This document shows positions 1-9,649 of a stretch of DNA of 64,000 nt, one piece after another. The translations under genes were made by a program, and so were the position numbers. The notes beneath the pieces are model-generated. The model did not search any database. It was not told the DNA's origin and worked only from the letters and a program-made list of their open reading frames with translations. Location of the stretch: contig JAPLFH010000011.1 in the NCBI GenBank assembly GCA_026390815.1, forward strand, positions 2,122 to 66,121, given 5' to 3'. The DNA comes from Ignavibacteriales bacterium. GTDB taxonomy: Bacteria > Bacteroidota > Ignavibacteria > Ignavibacteriales > SURF-24. The stretch's first letter is position 1. Every line of letters begins with the position of its first letter.

Positions 1-32
1 TTTCTTTAAAAGTAATTATTTATTAACAGGAT

Positions 33-665
33 TTATTTTTTCTCTTTGTCTTTATCAGGGATAATTCTGTTAACAAAGATATGATCTATCAATTTATAGT
101 CCTTTGCTTCTTCCGGGGACATATAATAATCGCGGTCGCAATCCTTGGTAATTTGTTCCATATCTTTACCGGTGTGTTCAGCAAGAATTTCATAAAGCAA
201 ATTTCTTGTCTTTATCATTTCTTTAGCATGGATTTCAATATCACTTGTTTGTCCCTGCAATCCGCTAACCCATGGTTGGTGTATTAATATCCTTGAATGT
301 GGTAAAGATGATCTTTTGCCTGCCGCACCTCCAGCTAATAAAATGGCTCCCATGCTTGCAGCCATTCCAACACAGATAGTTGCTACATCCGGTTTGATAT
401 ATTTCATTGTGTCATAAATAGCTAAACCGGCAGATACAGAACCACCTGGCGAGTTGATGTACAAGTTAATATCCTTTTCAGCATCTTCAGCTTCTAAGAA
501 AATTAATTGAGCAATAGCAAGACTTGCAATGTGGTCGTCTATTGGTGTTCCAATAAAAATAATTCTATCCCTTAATAACCGGGAGAAAATATCCATACCG
601 CGTTCACCGCGCCCGGTTTGTTCTATTACATAAGGTACAAGCTGATTATAAATTTCCTGTTTCAT
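33..665 (-). CDS. clpP: ATP-dependent Clp protease proteolytic subunit
   Basis: 210-aa ORF with ClpP catalytic contexts 'GMAASMGA' (Ser) and 'RILIHQPW' (His). Sits directly downstream of tig with a TAATG stop/start overlap. Confidence 0.95.
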   Translation of the reverse strand: MKQEIYNQLVPYVIEQTGRGERGMDIFSRLLRDRIIFIGTPIDDHIASLAIAQLIFLEAEDAEKDINLYINSPGGSVSAGLAIYDTMKYIKPDVATICVGMAASMGAILLAGGAAGKRSSLPHSRILIHQPWVSGLQGQTSDIEIHAKEMIKTRNLLYEILAEHTGKDMEQITKDCDRDYYMSPEEAKDYKLIDHIFVNRIIPDKDKEKK

Positions 666-1975
666 TATCCCTCTGATTCGTTTGTTTTTGGTTTTAAATC
701 GTCTGGATTTATTATTTTAATTTTATTATTCTTTTTTAAGAAATCGATTATTTTATTTTCTAATAACACTTCCATCTTGTTCGTGTCGTTATAAAATTTA
801 AGCAGCTTATCAACAGATATTCCTGTTTCGGCAGCTTCTTTTTCAGCACTTTCTTTCAATTCGTTTTGCTCAACTGAAATATTTTCTTTCTTAGCAAGGC
901 TTGCAATAATAATCTGCCATTTAGCACTCCACTCTGCCTGCTTATGCAGGTGTTTCTCTGCTTCCTTAGCATCAAAGTGCTTATGTCCATCACGCTTTGC
1001 TTTTTCCTCTTCAATTGCAAGCATATTATCCAAAACTTTATGAACAAAACCGTGTGGCGGTTCAAAGTCATTATTCTTAACAACAGTATTAAGCAGAGAG
1101 TTCACATAAATATCTTCCGATTGCCCATCGTAATAAGCTTGCATGCCTTTTCTAATATTTTCTTTCCATTCTTCCACAGTTTTAAATTTATCTTTAGAAA
1201 CCTTCTGGACAAATTCATCATTAAATTCAGGCAGTACAATTTTCTTTATAGAAGATATTTTTGCTTCGTAATTAAATTCCTCTTCAATAATTTTCTTTTC
1301 ACCATTCTCTTCCACTTCCCTGGAATCTTTAAAACTAAAGTTAAAAGTTTCATCAATCTTTTTTCCATTAGCATTTTCAAATATTTGTATGTTAACTCTT
1401 TCATCAGAAAGATCAATCGCTAAATCATGCCTCATTTCACCATCAGGTTTTCCATCCGCACCAATTCTTTGCAGGTCAACTGTGATGATGTAATTCTGAT
1501 CTTCAACAATATTGGCATCTTCCTTTGTGGAGTTTGTTTTAAGAAGGGATAATATTTCTTTATCAATGTGTTCATCCGTTACATGCCATTCAAATTTAGA
1601 AATTTCATTATCAGTGTAATTCTTTAATTCCAGTTCCGGCATTACTTCATACAGAATTTTGAAAAATAACTTTGTACCTCTTTCAAAATTCAAGTCGGTC
1701 ATTTTTGGTGTGCTTAATGGTTTTAATTTTTGTTCTTCAACTATTTCCCAATACTTTTTATTCGCAATTTTTTCTGCAGCTTTATATTCAATCTCATCAC
1801 CAAACATTTTCTTCAACATAGAAAGCGGTACTTTTCCCTTTCTAAAACCAGGTATTTCAATTTTTTTGGATTCATCTTTGTATGATTGATCAATTTCCGG
1901 TTGAATCTCATCGTAACCCAGGGTTACTTCCAATTCGTGTTCATTTGCAGATATAAAATTAATCTTTGTTTCCAA
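665..1975 (-). CDS. tig: trigger factor (ribosome-associated chaperone / PPIase)
   Basis: 436 aa. N-terminal ribosome-binding signature 'GFRKGKVP', acidic C-terminal arm, classic tig-clpP synteny. Confidence 0.9.
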   Translation of the reverse strand: METKINFISANEHELEVTLGYDEIQPEIDQSYKDESKKIEIPGFRKGKVPLSMLKKMFGDEIEYKAAEKIANKKYWEIVEEQKLKPLSTPKMTDLNFERGTKLFFKILYEVMPELELKNYTDNEISKFEWHVTDEHIDKEILSLLKTNSTKEDANIVEDQNYIITVDLQRIGADGKPDGEMRHDLAIDLSDERVNIQIFENANGKKIDETFNFSFKDSREVEENGEKKIIEEEFNYEAKISSIKKIVLPEFNDEFVQKVSKDKFKTVEEWKENIRKGMQAYYDGQSEDIYVNSLLNTVVKNNDFEPPHGFVHKVLDNMLAIEEEKAKRDGHKHFDAKEAEKHLHKQAEWSAKWQIIIASLAKKENISVEQNELKESAEKEAAETGISVDKLLKFYNDTNKMEVLLENKIIDFLKKNNKIKIINPDDLKPKTNESEG

Positions 1976-2003
1976 TAGATCCTCTTTTTAATTTAAAACC
2001 GTG

Positions 2004-2087
2004 TGCGAGAACGGGGACTCGAACCCCGACACCTGTTCGGTACTAGATCCTAAGTCTAGCGCGTCTACCAAATTCCGCCATTCTCGC
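2004..2087 (-). tRNA. tRNA-Leu (anticodon UAG), type II with long variable arm
   Basis: Reverse complement folds as a cloverleaf: acceptor GCGAGAA/TTCTCGC, anticodon stem CTAGA/TCTAG with loop CTTAGGA, long variable arm, T-arm CGGGG-TTCGAGT-CCCCG. CCA is not encoded. Confidence 0.9.
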
Positions 2088-2417
2088 AAAATTTAATTTT
2101 CTTAACTCTCTAATTCAATATTAAGTGCCAAAATATACTAATAATTAAGATAAAAGCATAAGCGGAGCATCCTGATTAACCAACGCTTGTCTTATAAAAT
2201 ATTAGATTAACTCTCAAATCCTGGGCTAAATGGTAAGAAATTGTTCAATTACTAATTTGTTTGTTAAAGTACTTTTTTTATCCTAACAATTCAGCAATTT
2301 TACAATAAGTACTTTTATTACCGTATATGAAATAGTTTTGTTGTGTTTCCTGAATTTAATTTATACTTTACAATCCGTAAAAAATCAATCCTTTTCATTT
2401 ATTTCAGAGGCAGGTTG

Positions 2418-4316
2418 ATGATTGGCAAAGTGATCAATAGCTATAAAATAATTTCGGAAATTGGGCACGGGGGAATGGGAATTGTTTATAAAGCATTCGA
2501 TATTAAACTTGAACGATACATTGCAATTAAGTTTTTAGATATTAAGGGTACAAATGTATTTGAGGTTATCCAGCGATTTAAGCAGGAAGCTAAGAACCAG
2601 GCTAAGTTAACACATCCAAATATTGTTATTGTCTATGATTTTATCCAGGAAGATAAAATGCTCGGGATTGCCATGGAATATATTGAAGGTGAGACACTTG
2701 AGCAGCTTATTCATAGAAAAATTCGGTTGGATATTCATGATGCTATCCACATTTTAACCCAGGTATTAAACGGAATTGAGTACGCACATTCCAAAGGATT
2801 TGTACATCGCGATATTAAACCTTCAAACATAATAATTGGTAATGATGGTATAGCCAAAATAATGGATTTCGGAATTTCTAAATCTATTTTTGATGATAAG
2901 CTAAATATTGCAAGAAAAAATATTGGAACGCTTCAATACATGAGTCCTGAACAGATACGCGGGGAAAAATCCTTAGAAGCATCTGATATATATTCTTTAG
3001 GAATCACTTTCTACGAAATGTTAACAGGTCAAACTCCATTCGATTATCATACAGAAGATGAAATTGTTGATGGTCAATTAAACCAAAAACCTATTAGTGT
3101 TTTAGGATATGCACCAGAATTGCCCGTTACAATTGATTTGATCTTTGATAAATTGCTGGCTAAAAATGCGGCTGATAGATTTTTATCTGTTAAAGAATTC
3201 AGGCAAAAGTTAGAAAAATTTGAATCAACATTACATTCCGATGTTAAGGGAGAAAACAGGTTAAACATTTTTAAAACAAAAAAATACAAACTGAAAGCTG
3301 CAATTTACTCTTCCATAATTGTTTTATTTGGGTTAGGAATGATGTATTTCATAATCACACAAGTATTAACACAATGGAAAAGTGGGAAAAATATTTTATT
3401 ACTGGAAGATAAATCATCAAAAGACACAATTAAAATTGCTAAACAAAATGGAAAATTAAATTTTGTAAACTTAAAAAGTGGCGTGTATGATGATCTGAAT
3501 TCTATTTCTTTTATAAATGCATCAATTGGATTTTGCTGTGGAAATAATGGTACAGTTTTAAAGACAAAAGATTCCGGTTCAACTTGGAATAAAATTATTC
3601 TACCATATAGATTTAATTTTACTGACGTCTGCTTTACCAAAGAAGGATTTGGTTTTATGATCGGGGATAGTTCTATTATTCTAAAATCCACTGATAATGG
3701 AGAAACCTGGAATAAAGTAAACTTAAGCGAAGGTAGCTCTTTGATAAGAATTAAATTTATAGACGATAAAAATGGATTTATTCTTGGTAATAAAGGATTT
3801 TTAATGAAAACTTCTGATGGTGGAAACCAATGGAGATCTATTATTACAAAATCTCAAAACATCCTTTTTGATTTGGCATTCTATAATAAAAAAAGTGGCT
3901 TTATTGTTGGGTGGAACGGAGAAGTTTTAAAGACAACTGATTTAGGGGAAACCTGGAGTAATCAAAATAGTATTGGCAGCAATTATCTTAAAGCTATAAC
4001 ATTTTTAAATGCTAAAGATGGTTTTGTAATCGGAAGTTCCGGTAATTTATTTGTTACTGTTGATTCCGGAGATGAGTGGAATAAAATAGAAACAACATTT
4101 ACCGATGCACTATTCGATTTAACATTTGTGGGTAAATTAAATTGTTATATAGTTGGTGCAAAAGGCAGGGTTTTGTTTTCACAGGATGGTGGAAAGAACT
4201 GGAACTCTGATGCCGTAAAATCCTACACAACATTAAAACGGATTATTTCTACATCAAACGGAAATATATTTGCAGTTGGTGTAAATGGTTCCATCATTAA
4301 ATTGAAATTGAATTAA
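2418..4316 (+). CDS. Ser/Thr protein kinase with one TM helix and an extracytoplasmic 7-blade Asp-box (BNR/Ycf48-like) beta-propeller
   Basis: Hanks kinase motifs: GHGGMGIVYKA, AIK, HRDIKPSN, DFG, SPE. TM 'AAIYSSIIVLFGLGMMYFIITQVL'. Then six SxDxGxTW-type boxes (KDSGSTW, TDNGETW, SDGGNQW, TDLGETW, VDSGDEW, QDGGKNW) at ~42-aa spacing. ATG at 2418 is preceded by a GAGG-like RBS; the GTG at 2343 is an unlikely extension. Confidence 0.85.
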   Translation: MIGKVINSYKIISEIGHGGMGIVYKAFDIKLERYIAIKFLDIKGTNVFEVIQRFKQEAKNQAKLTHPNIVIVYDFIQEDKMLGIAMEYIEGETLEQLIHRKIRLDIHDAIHILTQVLNGIEYAHSKGFVHRDIKPSNIIIGNDGIAKIMDFGISKSIFDDKLNIARKNIGTLQYMSPEQIRGEKSLEASDIYSLGITFYEMLTGQTPFDYHTEDEIVDGQLNQKPISVLGYAPELPVTIDLIFDKLLAKNAADRFLSVKEFRQKLEKFESTLHSDVKGENRLNIFKTKKYKLKAAIYSSIIVLFGLGMMYFIITQVLTQWKSGKNILLLEDKSSKDTIKIAKQNGKLNFVNLKSGVYDDLNSISFINASIGFCCGNNGTVLKTKDSGSTWNKIILPYRFNFTDVCFTKEGFGFMIGDSSIILKSTDNGETWNKVNLSEGSSLIRIKFIDDKNGFILGNKGFLMKTSDGGNQWRSIITKSQNILFDLAFYNKKSGFIVGWNGEVLKTTDLGETWSNQNSIGSNYLKAITFLNAKDGFVIGSSGNLFVTVDSGDEWNKIETTFTDALFDLTFVGKLNCYIVGAKGRVLFSQDGGKNWNSDAVKSYTTLKRIISTSNGNIFAVGVNGSIIKLKLN

Positions 4317-4340
4317 TAAACTATCTTCTTTACAATCCGA

Positions 4341-6560
4341 ATGAATATAAAATCCAGATCCACTATAATAATTGCCGGAATTATTTTCTTATTTAATATA
4401 ATTCTTTTGTTTTTCCCGCTTGTAAATATTTTGGGATATGAATCAGCAGTTCTAAATGCGGTCTTGCTTGCATTTTTATCCGGGATTTATTCGATAAAAC
4501 TTTTTAAATCATTAAAAGAAGAATATAACCACCAACACTTTTTCCATCTTTTATTAAATGGACTTTTAACTTTTCTTCTTATCCCGATTTTAATTTTTGT
4601 AGTAGCTTCATTCTTCATTTTGAATTGCTCCTTAGTTGATGGATTTATTTTTTATTTAGTTCTAACCATTCCTTCAGCAATAATTGGTTGTTGCTTGGGC
4701 ATAATTAGTTTCGAAATGCTCAATAGATTTCAATCAACATTTTTCATACTTACTTTTTTTATCATTTTGTTTTTGCCAATCCTGGATATTTTTTATAATT
4801 GCCAGATTTATTTTTACAATCCATTTATTGGATTTTTCCCTGGGACAATTTATGATGAATCCATTTACGTGGATTGGAGGTTAATCAGTTATCGAATCCT
4901 GAACCTGATTTATTTTGTTGGCGTTGCTGCTGTATTTTTCAGAATTGATTTGCTTAAGAATTTTTTAGGTAAGTATTCCAAAATCGCAATAACATTAACA
5001 GCAATTGTGGTTGCATCAATTTTCTTTTTATTCAATCAAAAGCTAAGTTATTCAGAAAATGAAATGTCAATTGCAGAAACTCTTGGTGGAAACCTTGAGA
5101 CCGAACATTTTAATATATTTTACGATAATTCAATTAATAAAAAAAAATTAGAACTTATTGGACTTAGCTGCGAATATTATTACGAAATTGGTTGTGAATA
5201 TTTCAAAGTCAAACCTCAATCCAAAATAACAGCATTTATATTCCTGGATTCTGAACAGAAAAGAAAATTAATTGGTGCAGGTAATGCAGATGTTGCAAAA
5301 CCGTGGCTGAACCAGGTTTATATTGAATTTGAAAACTATGAATCAACTTTACAGCACGAGATTGCTCATTGTCTCACATCAGAATTTGGTGTAACTCCGT
5401 TTAAAATATCCGCTTCATTTAATGCTGCTTTGTTAGAAGGTATAGCTTCTGCCAGTGTAGATATTTCCGATGAGCATTCACTTCATTATTTGGCGAAATT
5501 AGCATACAACAATGGAATTTGGTTTCCATTAAGTAAATTGTTTTCGGGGCTCAATTTCTTCAATCAATTATCAACTTTATCTTACATCTATTCCGGCTCA
5601 TTTGTAAAATTTTTAGTAGATAAATATGGAATTGATAATTTTAAGAAAATTTATTCCGGTGAAGATTTTTTGCTGGTATATAAAAAATCCATAAATAATC
5701 TTGAAAAGGAATATTTAGCTTTTTTAAAAGCACAAAATTTTAAAAATAATAAACACGAAGCATTACTTTATTTTGGAAGGAAACCTATCTTCAAAAAAGT
5801 ATGTGCCAGATTTCTTGCTGAACAAATGGAGATTGCAGGGAATAAATTTAATTCAGGAAATTTTAAGGAAGCGAAGATAAAATTCAAGCAATTATCTGAA
5901 TACTCTGATTCATATGGTGCGTTGGTTGGTTATATAAACTGTCTATCCAAATTGAATGAAGATAAATCAGCTTTAAAAACTTTACAATCCAATATCTCTA
6001 AATACGATTCCACTTCATATATTTATAATTTACAACTCCTCCTGGCAGATCAATGTGTCTTAAATAAAAAATTAGAAATGGCTGATTCAATTTATTCTGT
6101 GTTGATAAATGAAAATTCTTCACCAAGATTTTTAGCATTAACTTTAACCAGAAAAAATTTAATAAAGGATTCAACTATTATATTATCTTATCTTAAAGGA
6201 AGTAATTTTGACAAATTTGAAATTCTAAAACAATTAAATAGAGATTCTATTGTTTTTGCTACCATTCCATTGATGATAAATTTGTCCGCAGATTTACATC
6301 AAAATTATAATAGTTTTATTAAATTATTTGAAAGTGTGGATAAAGCGAATAATTTCATTTCAAGTTATGGATTAAGAAAATTGTCCGGTTATGCATTTAA
6401 TAATCTTGATTTTGATGGAGCAAAACAATTTGCTGTTAAAGCGTTAAATTATAAAGAAGATTTGGAGTTGAATGAAGTTATTAAGACAGAACTAAAACGA
6501 GCTAATTGGTTCTATAACTTTGCGCCGGAAGTTCAGACTAAGTTTATCTGGAAAAAATAG
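4341..6560 (+). CDS. polytopic membrane protein with gluzincin (Peptidase_MA-like, HExxH...E) domain and helical-repeat C-terminus
   Basis: About 7 N-terminal hydrophobic helices. HEIAH at nt 5355-5369, with a Glu 23 residues after the second His ('ALLEGIA'). C-terminal TPR-like helical region. Starts 25 nt after the kinase gene. Confidence 0.6.
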   Translation: MNIKSRSTIIIAGIIFLFNIILLFFPLVNILGYESAVLNAVLLAFLSGIYSIKLFKSLKEEYNHQHFFHLLLNGLLTFLLIPILIFVVASFFILNCSLVDGFIFYLVLTIPSAIIGCCLGIISFEMLNRFQSTFFILTFFIILFLPILDIFYNCQIYFYNPFIGFFPGTIYDESIYVDWRLISYRILNLIYFVGVAAVFFRIDLLKNFLGKYSKIAITLTAIVVASIFFLFNQKLSYSENEMSIAETLGGNLETEHFNIFYDNSINKKKLELIGLSCEYYYEIGCEYFKVKPQSKITAFIFLDSEQKRKLIGAGNADVAKPWLNQVYIEFENYESTLQHEIAHCLTSEFGVTPFKISASFNAALLEGIASASVDISDEHSLHYLAKLAYNNGIWFPLSKLFSGLNFFNQLSTLSYIYSGSFVKFLVDKYGIDNFKKIYSGEDFLLVYKKSINNLEKEYLAFLKAQNFKNNKHEALLYFGRKPIFKKVCARFLAEQMEIAGNKFNSGNFKEAKIKFKQLSEYSDSYGALVGYINCLSKLNEDKSALKTLQSNISKYDSTSYIYNLQLLLADQCVLNKKLEMADSIYSVLINENSSPRFLALTLTRKNLIKDSTIILSYLKGSNFDKFEILKQLNRDSIVFATIPLMINLSADLHQNYNSFIKLFESVDKANNFISSYGLRKLSGYAFNNLDFDGAKQFAVKALNYKEDLELNEVIKTELKRANWFYNFAPEVQTKFIWKK

Positions 6561-6581
6561 TTGATTTAAAAAAGGAATTAT

Positions 6582-8009
6582 TTGGAAAACTTTAAAACAA
6601 AAATAAAAGAATTATCAAAATACCTTTTCGCTAACAAAACTTTTTTACTTGCATCTGAAGTTGCAGAACGATTAAATGTAAAAGTGTTTATTGTTGGCGG
6701 TTTTGTTAGAGATTTTCTTTTGGGAAGAACGTTTGACGAATTTGATTTACTTATTGTCGGTAATGGAATTGAGTTTTCTGCAGCATTCGCAAAACAATTA
6801 AGAGTGAGTCAGATTTCTATTTACAGAAATTTTGGAACTGCACATTTTAAATACAAAGATTTTAATTATGAGTTTGTTGGTGCAAGAAAAGAATCGTACA
6901 AACACGATAGTAGAAATCCTATTGTGGAAGCAGGCACTTTTGAGGATGATATAAGCCGCCGTGATTTTACAATCAACACTTTGGCGGTTTCCTTAAATAA
7001 AGATAATTATGGGGAGCTCATTAATTTATTCGATGGAATAAATGATCTTGAAAAAAGAATAATCAAAACGCCGCTTAATCCATTAATTACATTTGATGAT
7101 GATCCACTTAGAATGATGCGTGCAATACGATTTGCTTCTCAACTTGATTTTGAGGTTGATGAAAACGTTAAAGAATCTGCAAGAGAATTATCAGCCCGAT
7201 TAAAAATAATTTCGCAGGAAAGAATAACAGATGAGTTCTTAAAAATTCTTGCTTCAGCAAAACCTTCTGTTGGATTAAAACTACTTTACAATACTGGATT
7301 GATGGATATTATTTTTCCGGAAATATCAAGATTGGCTGGTGTAGATCAGAGAAAAGATTATCATCATAAAGATGTTTTCATCCATACTTGTATGGTTGTA
7401 GATAATATTTCTCTTGCGACAAATAATATTTGGTTAAGATTTGCTGCTTTAATGCATGATATAGCTAAGCCTCAAACTAAAAGATTTGTGGAAGGAATCG
7501 GCTGGACATTTCACGGACATGAAGAAATTGGAGCCCGTTGGATGGAGGAAATATTTCATCACTTAAAGCTGCCGCTTACTAAGCTTGATTATGTTACCAA
7601 ATTAGTCAGGCTTCATCTTAGACCAATTGCTTTAGTTGATGAAGAAGTTACAGATTCAGCTATCAGAAGATTTATTGTATCTGCCGGAGAAGATCTGGAA
7701 GATTTAATTACTCTTTGCCGTGCAGATATTACAAGCAAGGATATAAAGAAAGTTTCCAAATATCTTTCCAATTACGAAACTGTAATGAACAAAGTGCGTG
7801 ATGTATTAGAGAAAGACCGGTTGCGTTCTTTTCAATCTCCGGTGCGTGGTGAAGAGATTATGGAAATCTGCAAAATATCTCCATCAAGAAAAGTTGGAGA
7901 AATTAAGAAAGCAATTGAAGAGGCCATTCTTGATGGTAAGATTGGAAACAATTATGAAGAAGCATATCAATACCTTCTGCAAATTAAAGATGAATTACTA
8001 AATAAATAA
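6582..8009 (+). CDS. cca: tRNA nucleotidyltransferase (CCA-adding enzyme / poly(A) polymerase family) with HD domain
   Basis: 'GGFVRDFLLG' and 'RRDFTINTLA' PolyA_pol head motifs, 'LRMMRAIRFA', and an HD region 'HHKDVFIHT...HDIAKP'. TTG start preceded by AAGGA at a 5-nt spacer; no in-frame ATG lies before the catalytic motif. Confidence 0.8.
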   Translation: MENFKTKIKELSKYLFANKTFLLASEVAERLNVKVFIVGGFVRDFLLGRTFDEFDLLIVGNGIEFSAAFAKQLRVSQISIYRNFGTAHFKYKDFNYEFVGARKESYKHDSRNPIVEAGTFEDDISRRDFTINTLAVSLNKDNYGELINLFDGINDLEKRIIKTPLNPLITFDDDPLRMMRAIRFASQLDFEVDENVKESARELSARLKIISQERITDEFLKILASAKPSVGLKLLYNTGLMDIIFPEISRLAGVDQRKDYHHKDVFIHTCMVVDNISLATNNIWLRFAALMHDIAKPQTKRFVEGIGWTFHGHEEIGARWMEEIFHHLKLPLTKLDYVTKLVRLHLRPIALVDEEVTDSAIRRFIVSAGEDLEDLITLCRADITSKDIKKVSKYLSNYETVMNKVRDVLEKDRLRSFQSPVRGEEIMEICKISPSRKVGEIKKAIEEAILDGKIGNNYEEAYQYLLQIKDELLNK

Positions 8010-8046
8010 TTGTAAAATCATCTTTTATTTTTCAATTATGAATTTC

Positions 8047-8067
8047 AAATTACGAATTACGAATTCA
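8047..8067 (+). repeat. three tandem heptamers of the GAATTAC family (AAATTAC GAATTAC GAATTCA)
   Basis: Read directly in the intergenic region downstream of cca. The same heptamer family recurs at 40003-40037 and 41809-41843. Confidence 0.7.
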
Positions 8068-8270
8068 TTATCTGAGATTTTTTAGTTTGTAAATCAATAT
8101 TCGGATTCAGAAAAATTCATTCATTCTCACTTGTAAAAAAATGTCATCGTTTTAGCAATTCCAATTATTATTTAATATTTTTTATATCGTAATGTAACTT
8201 TTTGTAAAAATCACTCGTCAAAATGCCATACGTTACAAAATAATTGATGATATAGTATAAGGAGTAACTA

Positions 8271-9623
8271 ATGCGTCTTTATCTTTCCCTGTTATTATTA
8301 CTAATTATTTCAATGGGCACTTATGCTCAAAGAACACTTACTCTTGATGAAGCTATTAAAATAGCTCTCCAAAAAAATACCGTTTTAGAAAAAGGTATGA
8401 ACAACCTTGAAGCAACCAAATCAAATTTGAAGAGTGCTTACGGTGGCTTGTTACCTTCTGTCGGGGCTGGCGGTTCATGGGGATGGTCAAGACGGGTTCA
8501 AAATATTCAAACATCTTCAAGTTCTCAATATGGTTATGTAGTTAACCCAGCTCTTACAATTGAAAGTAGAAATTACAGAGTAAATGTTGGTGCTAACTGG
8601 ACTTTGTTTGATGGTCTGGCAAATTTCTCATCCATTTCTCAAAGTAAAAACAATCTGGAATCCGCCGAGCTTAGCCTGCAAAGACTAAAGCAAGATATAG
8701 TTTTTGAAATTATCTCCCGGTACTATGCGGTTCTAAATGCAACGCAGTTATTGAAGGTTAGAGAAGATGATTTAGTTTGGAATCAAAAAAATCTTGATGT
8801 GATAAATGAAAAAAACAAACTTGGATCAGTTACACTTGCAGATGTTTACGCTGCACAAGTTAGAGTTGGTAACTCAGAGTTGGCATTAATCCAGGCTAAA
8901 AATGATTATGAAACACTTCAAAGTGATTTATTAAATGCTCTTGGAATTGATGTCTTTCAGGATGTAACACTTGTTGATCCTGTTACCAATGATGCCGCTG
9001 GTCTTCAAGCTGGAAAAATTATGATTGCTGATTACAAAGATCTGAGTCAAGGTGTAGAACAATCATTAAAAAACAGGTATGATTACCAAAGTACTCTACT
9101 TAGTTTGGAAAGTGCCAATGATGGAATTACTATAGCTAAAAGCGGATATCTTCCAAGACTTACAAACAGTTATGGTTTTGATATGAATGCAAATACGCCA
9201 AGTGAACTAAAAGATTCTAAGACCTATTCTATCGGCTTATCATTAGATATTCCTATTTTTAGTGGTTGGTCTACAGAATCCAGCGTTCAGTTTGCTAAAG
9301 TTAATGCGATGAATAAAGAAGTAGAATTGACTGAGCTTGAGCGATCAATTAAAATTAATCTTAAAAAAACTTACCTCGATTTTCAAGCTTCTGAAAAAAG
9401 ATTGGATGTTAGTGAAAAAAATGTTCTATCAGCCGAACAAAACAGAAGGATAGAACAAGAGAAATATAATCTTGGCGCAAGCTCGTTGGTAAATCTATTA
9501 CTTGCCAGTTCAGAATACACATTGGCACTTCAAACTAGTATAAATAACAGGTTTGAATTCTTCAGATTGAAATCTCAGTTAGAGTATTATCTTGGAATTT
9601 TAGACTTTAAGAAATTCGAATAA
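8271..9623 (+). CDS. TolC-family outer-membrane efflux protein
   Basis: 450 aa. Signal peptide ending 'YAQ', two OEP repeats, typical 'LTLDEAIKIALQKN' N-terminus. AAGGAG RBS at 8259-8264. Confidence 0.85.
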   Translation: MRLYLSLLLLLIISMGTYAQRTLTLDEAIKIALQKNTVLEKGMNNLEATKSNLKSAYGGLLPSVGAGGSWGWSRRVQNIQTSSSSQYGYVVNPALTIESRNYRVNVGANWTLFDGLANFSSISQSKNNLESAELSLQRLKQDIVFEIISRYYAVLNATQLLKVREDDLVWNQKNLDVINEKNKLGSVTLADVYAAQVRVGNSELALIQAKNDYETLQSDLLNALGIDVFQDVTLVDPVTNDAAGLQAGKIMIADYKDLSQGVEQSLKNRYDYQSTLLSLESANDGITIAKSGYLPRLTNSYGFDMNANTPSELKDSKTYSIGLSLDIPIFSGWSTESSVQFAKVNAMNKEVELTELERSIKINLKKTYLDFQASEKRLDVSEKNVLSAEQNRRIEQEKYNLGASSLVNLLLASSEYTLALQTSINNRFEFFRLKSQLEYYLGILDFKKFE

Positions 9624-9649
9624 AAATTTTTGTAAGGGAGTATATTACA

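Noticed and set aside
944-1423. 159-aa + strand ORF inside tig. Similar antisense ORFs lie at 1659-1889, 3305-3691, 24121-24486, 26089-26475, 27824-28303 and 42067-43258.
   Set aside because: All lie antisense to well-supported genes and encode Phe/Ile/Leu/Ser-rich low-complexity peptides that reflect the complement of AT-rich codons. None has a convincing RBS.
2004-2087. tRNA genes (Leu at 2004-2087, Arg at 19269-19342) as integration sites of a genomic island
   Set aside because: There is no integrase, excisionase or phage/plasmid gene, and I noticed no duplicated tRNA 3'-end near either tRNA. The flanking genes are housekeeping or ordinary membrane proteins.
2343-2417. N-terminal extensions offered by the ORF track (2343 GTG, 15647 TTG, 17053 TTG, 17958 ATG, 19405, 55590 TTG, 62448)
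   Set aside because: In each case a downstream ATG aligns with the paralogue or family N-terminus, follows a Shine-Dalgarno sequence, or restores a proper signal peptide. The extensions are hydrophobic or Lys-rich junk, or overlap the upstream gene by 40 nt (62448).
8031-8069. ATGAATT...AATTCAT 7-bp inverted repeat around the heptamer run as the cca terminator
   Set aside because: The stem is short and AT-rich and overlaps the tandem heptamers, so the symmetry may be a by-product of the repeat. The T-run that follows is separated by several bases.
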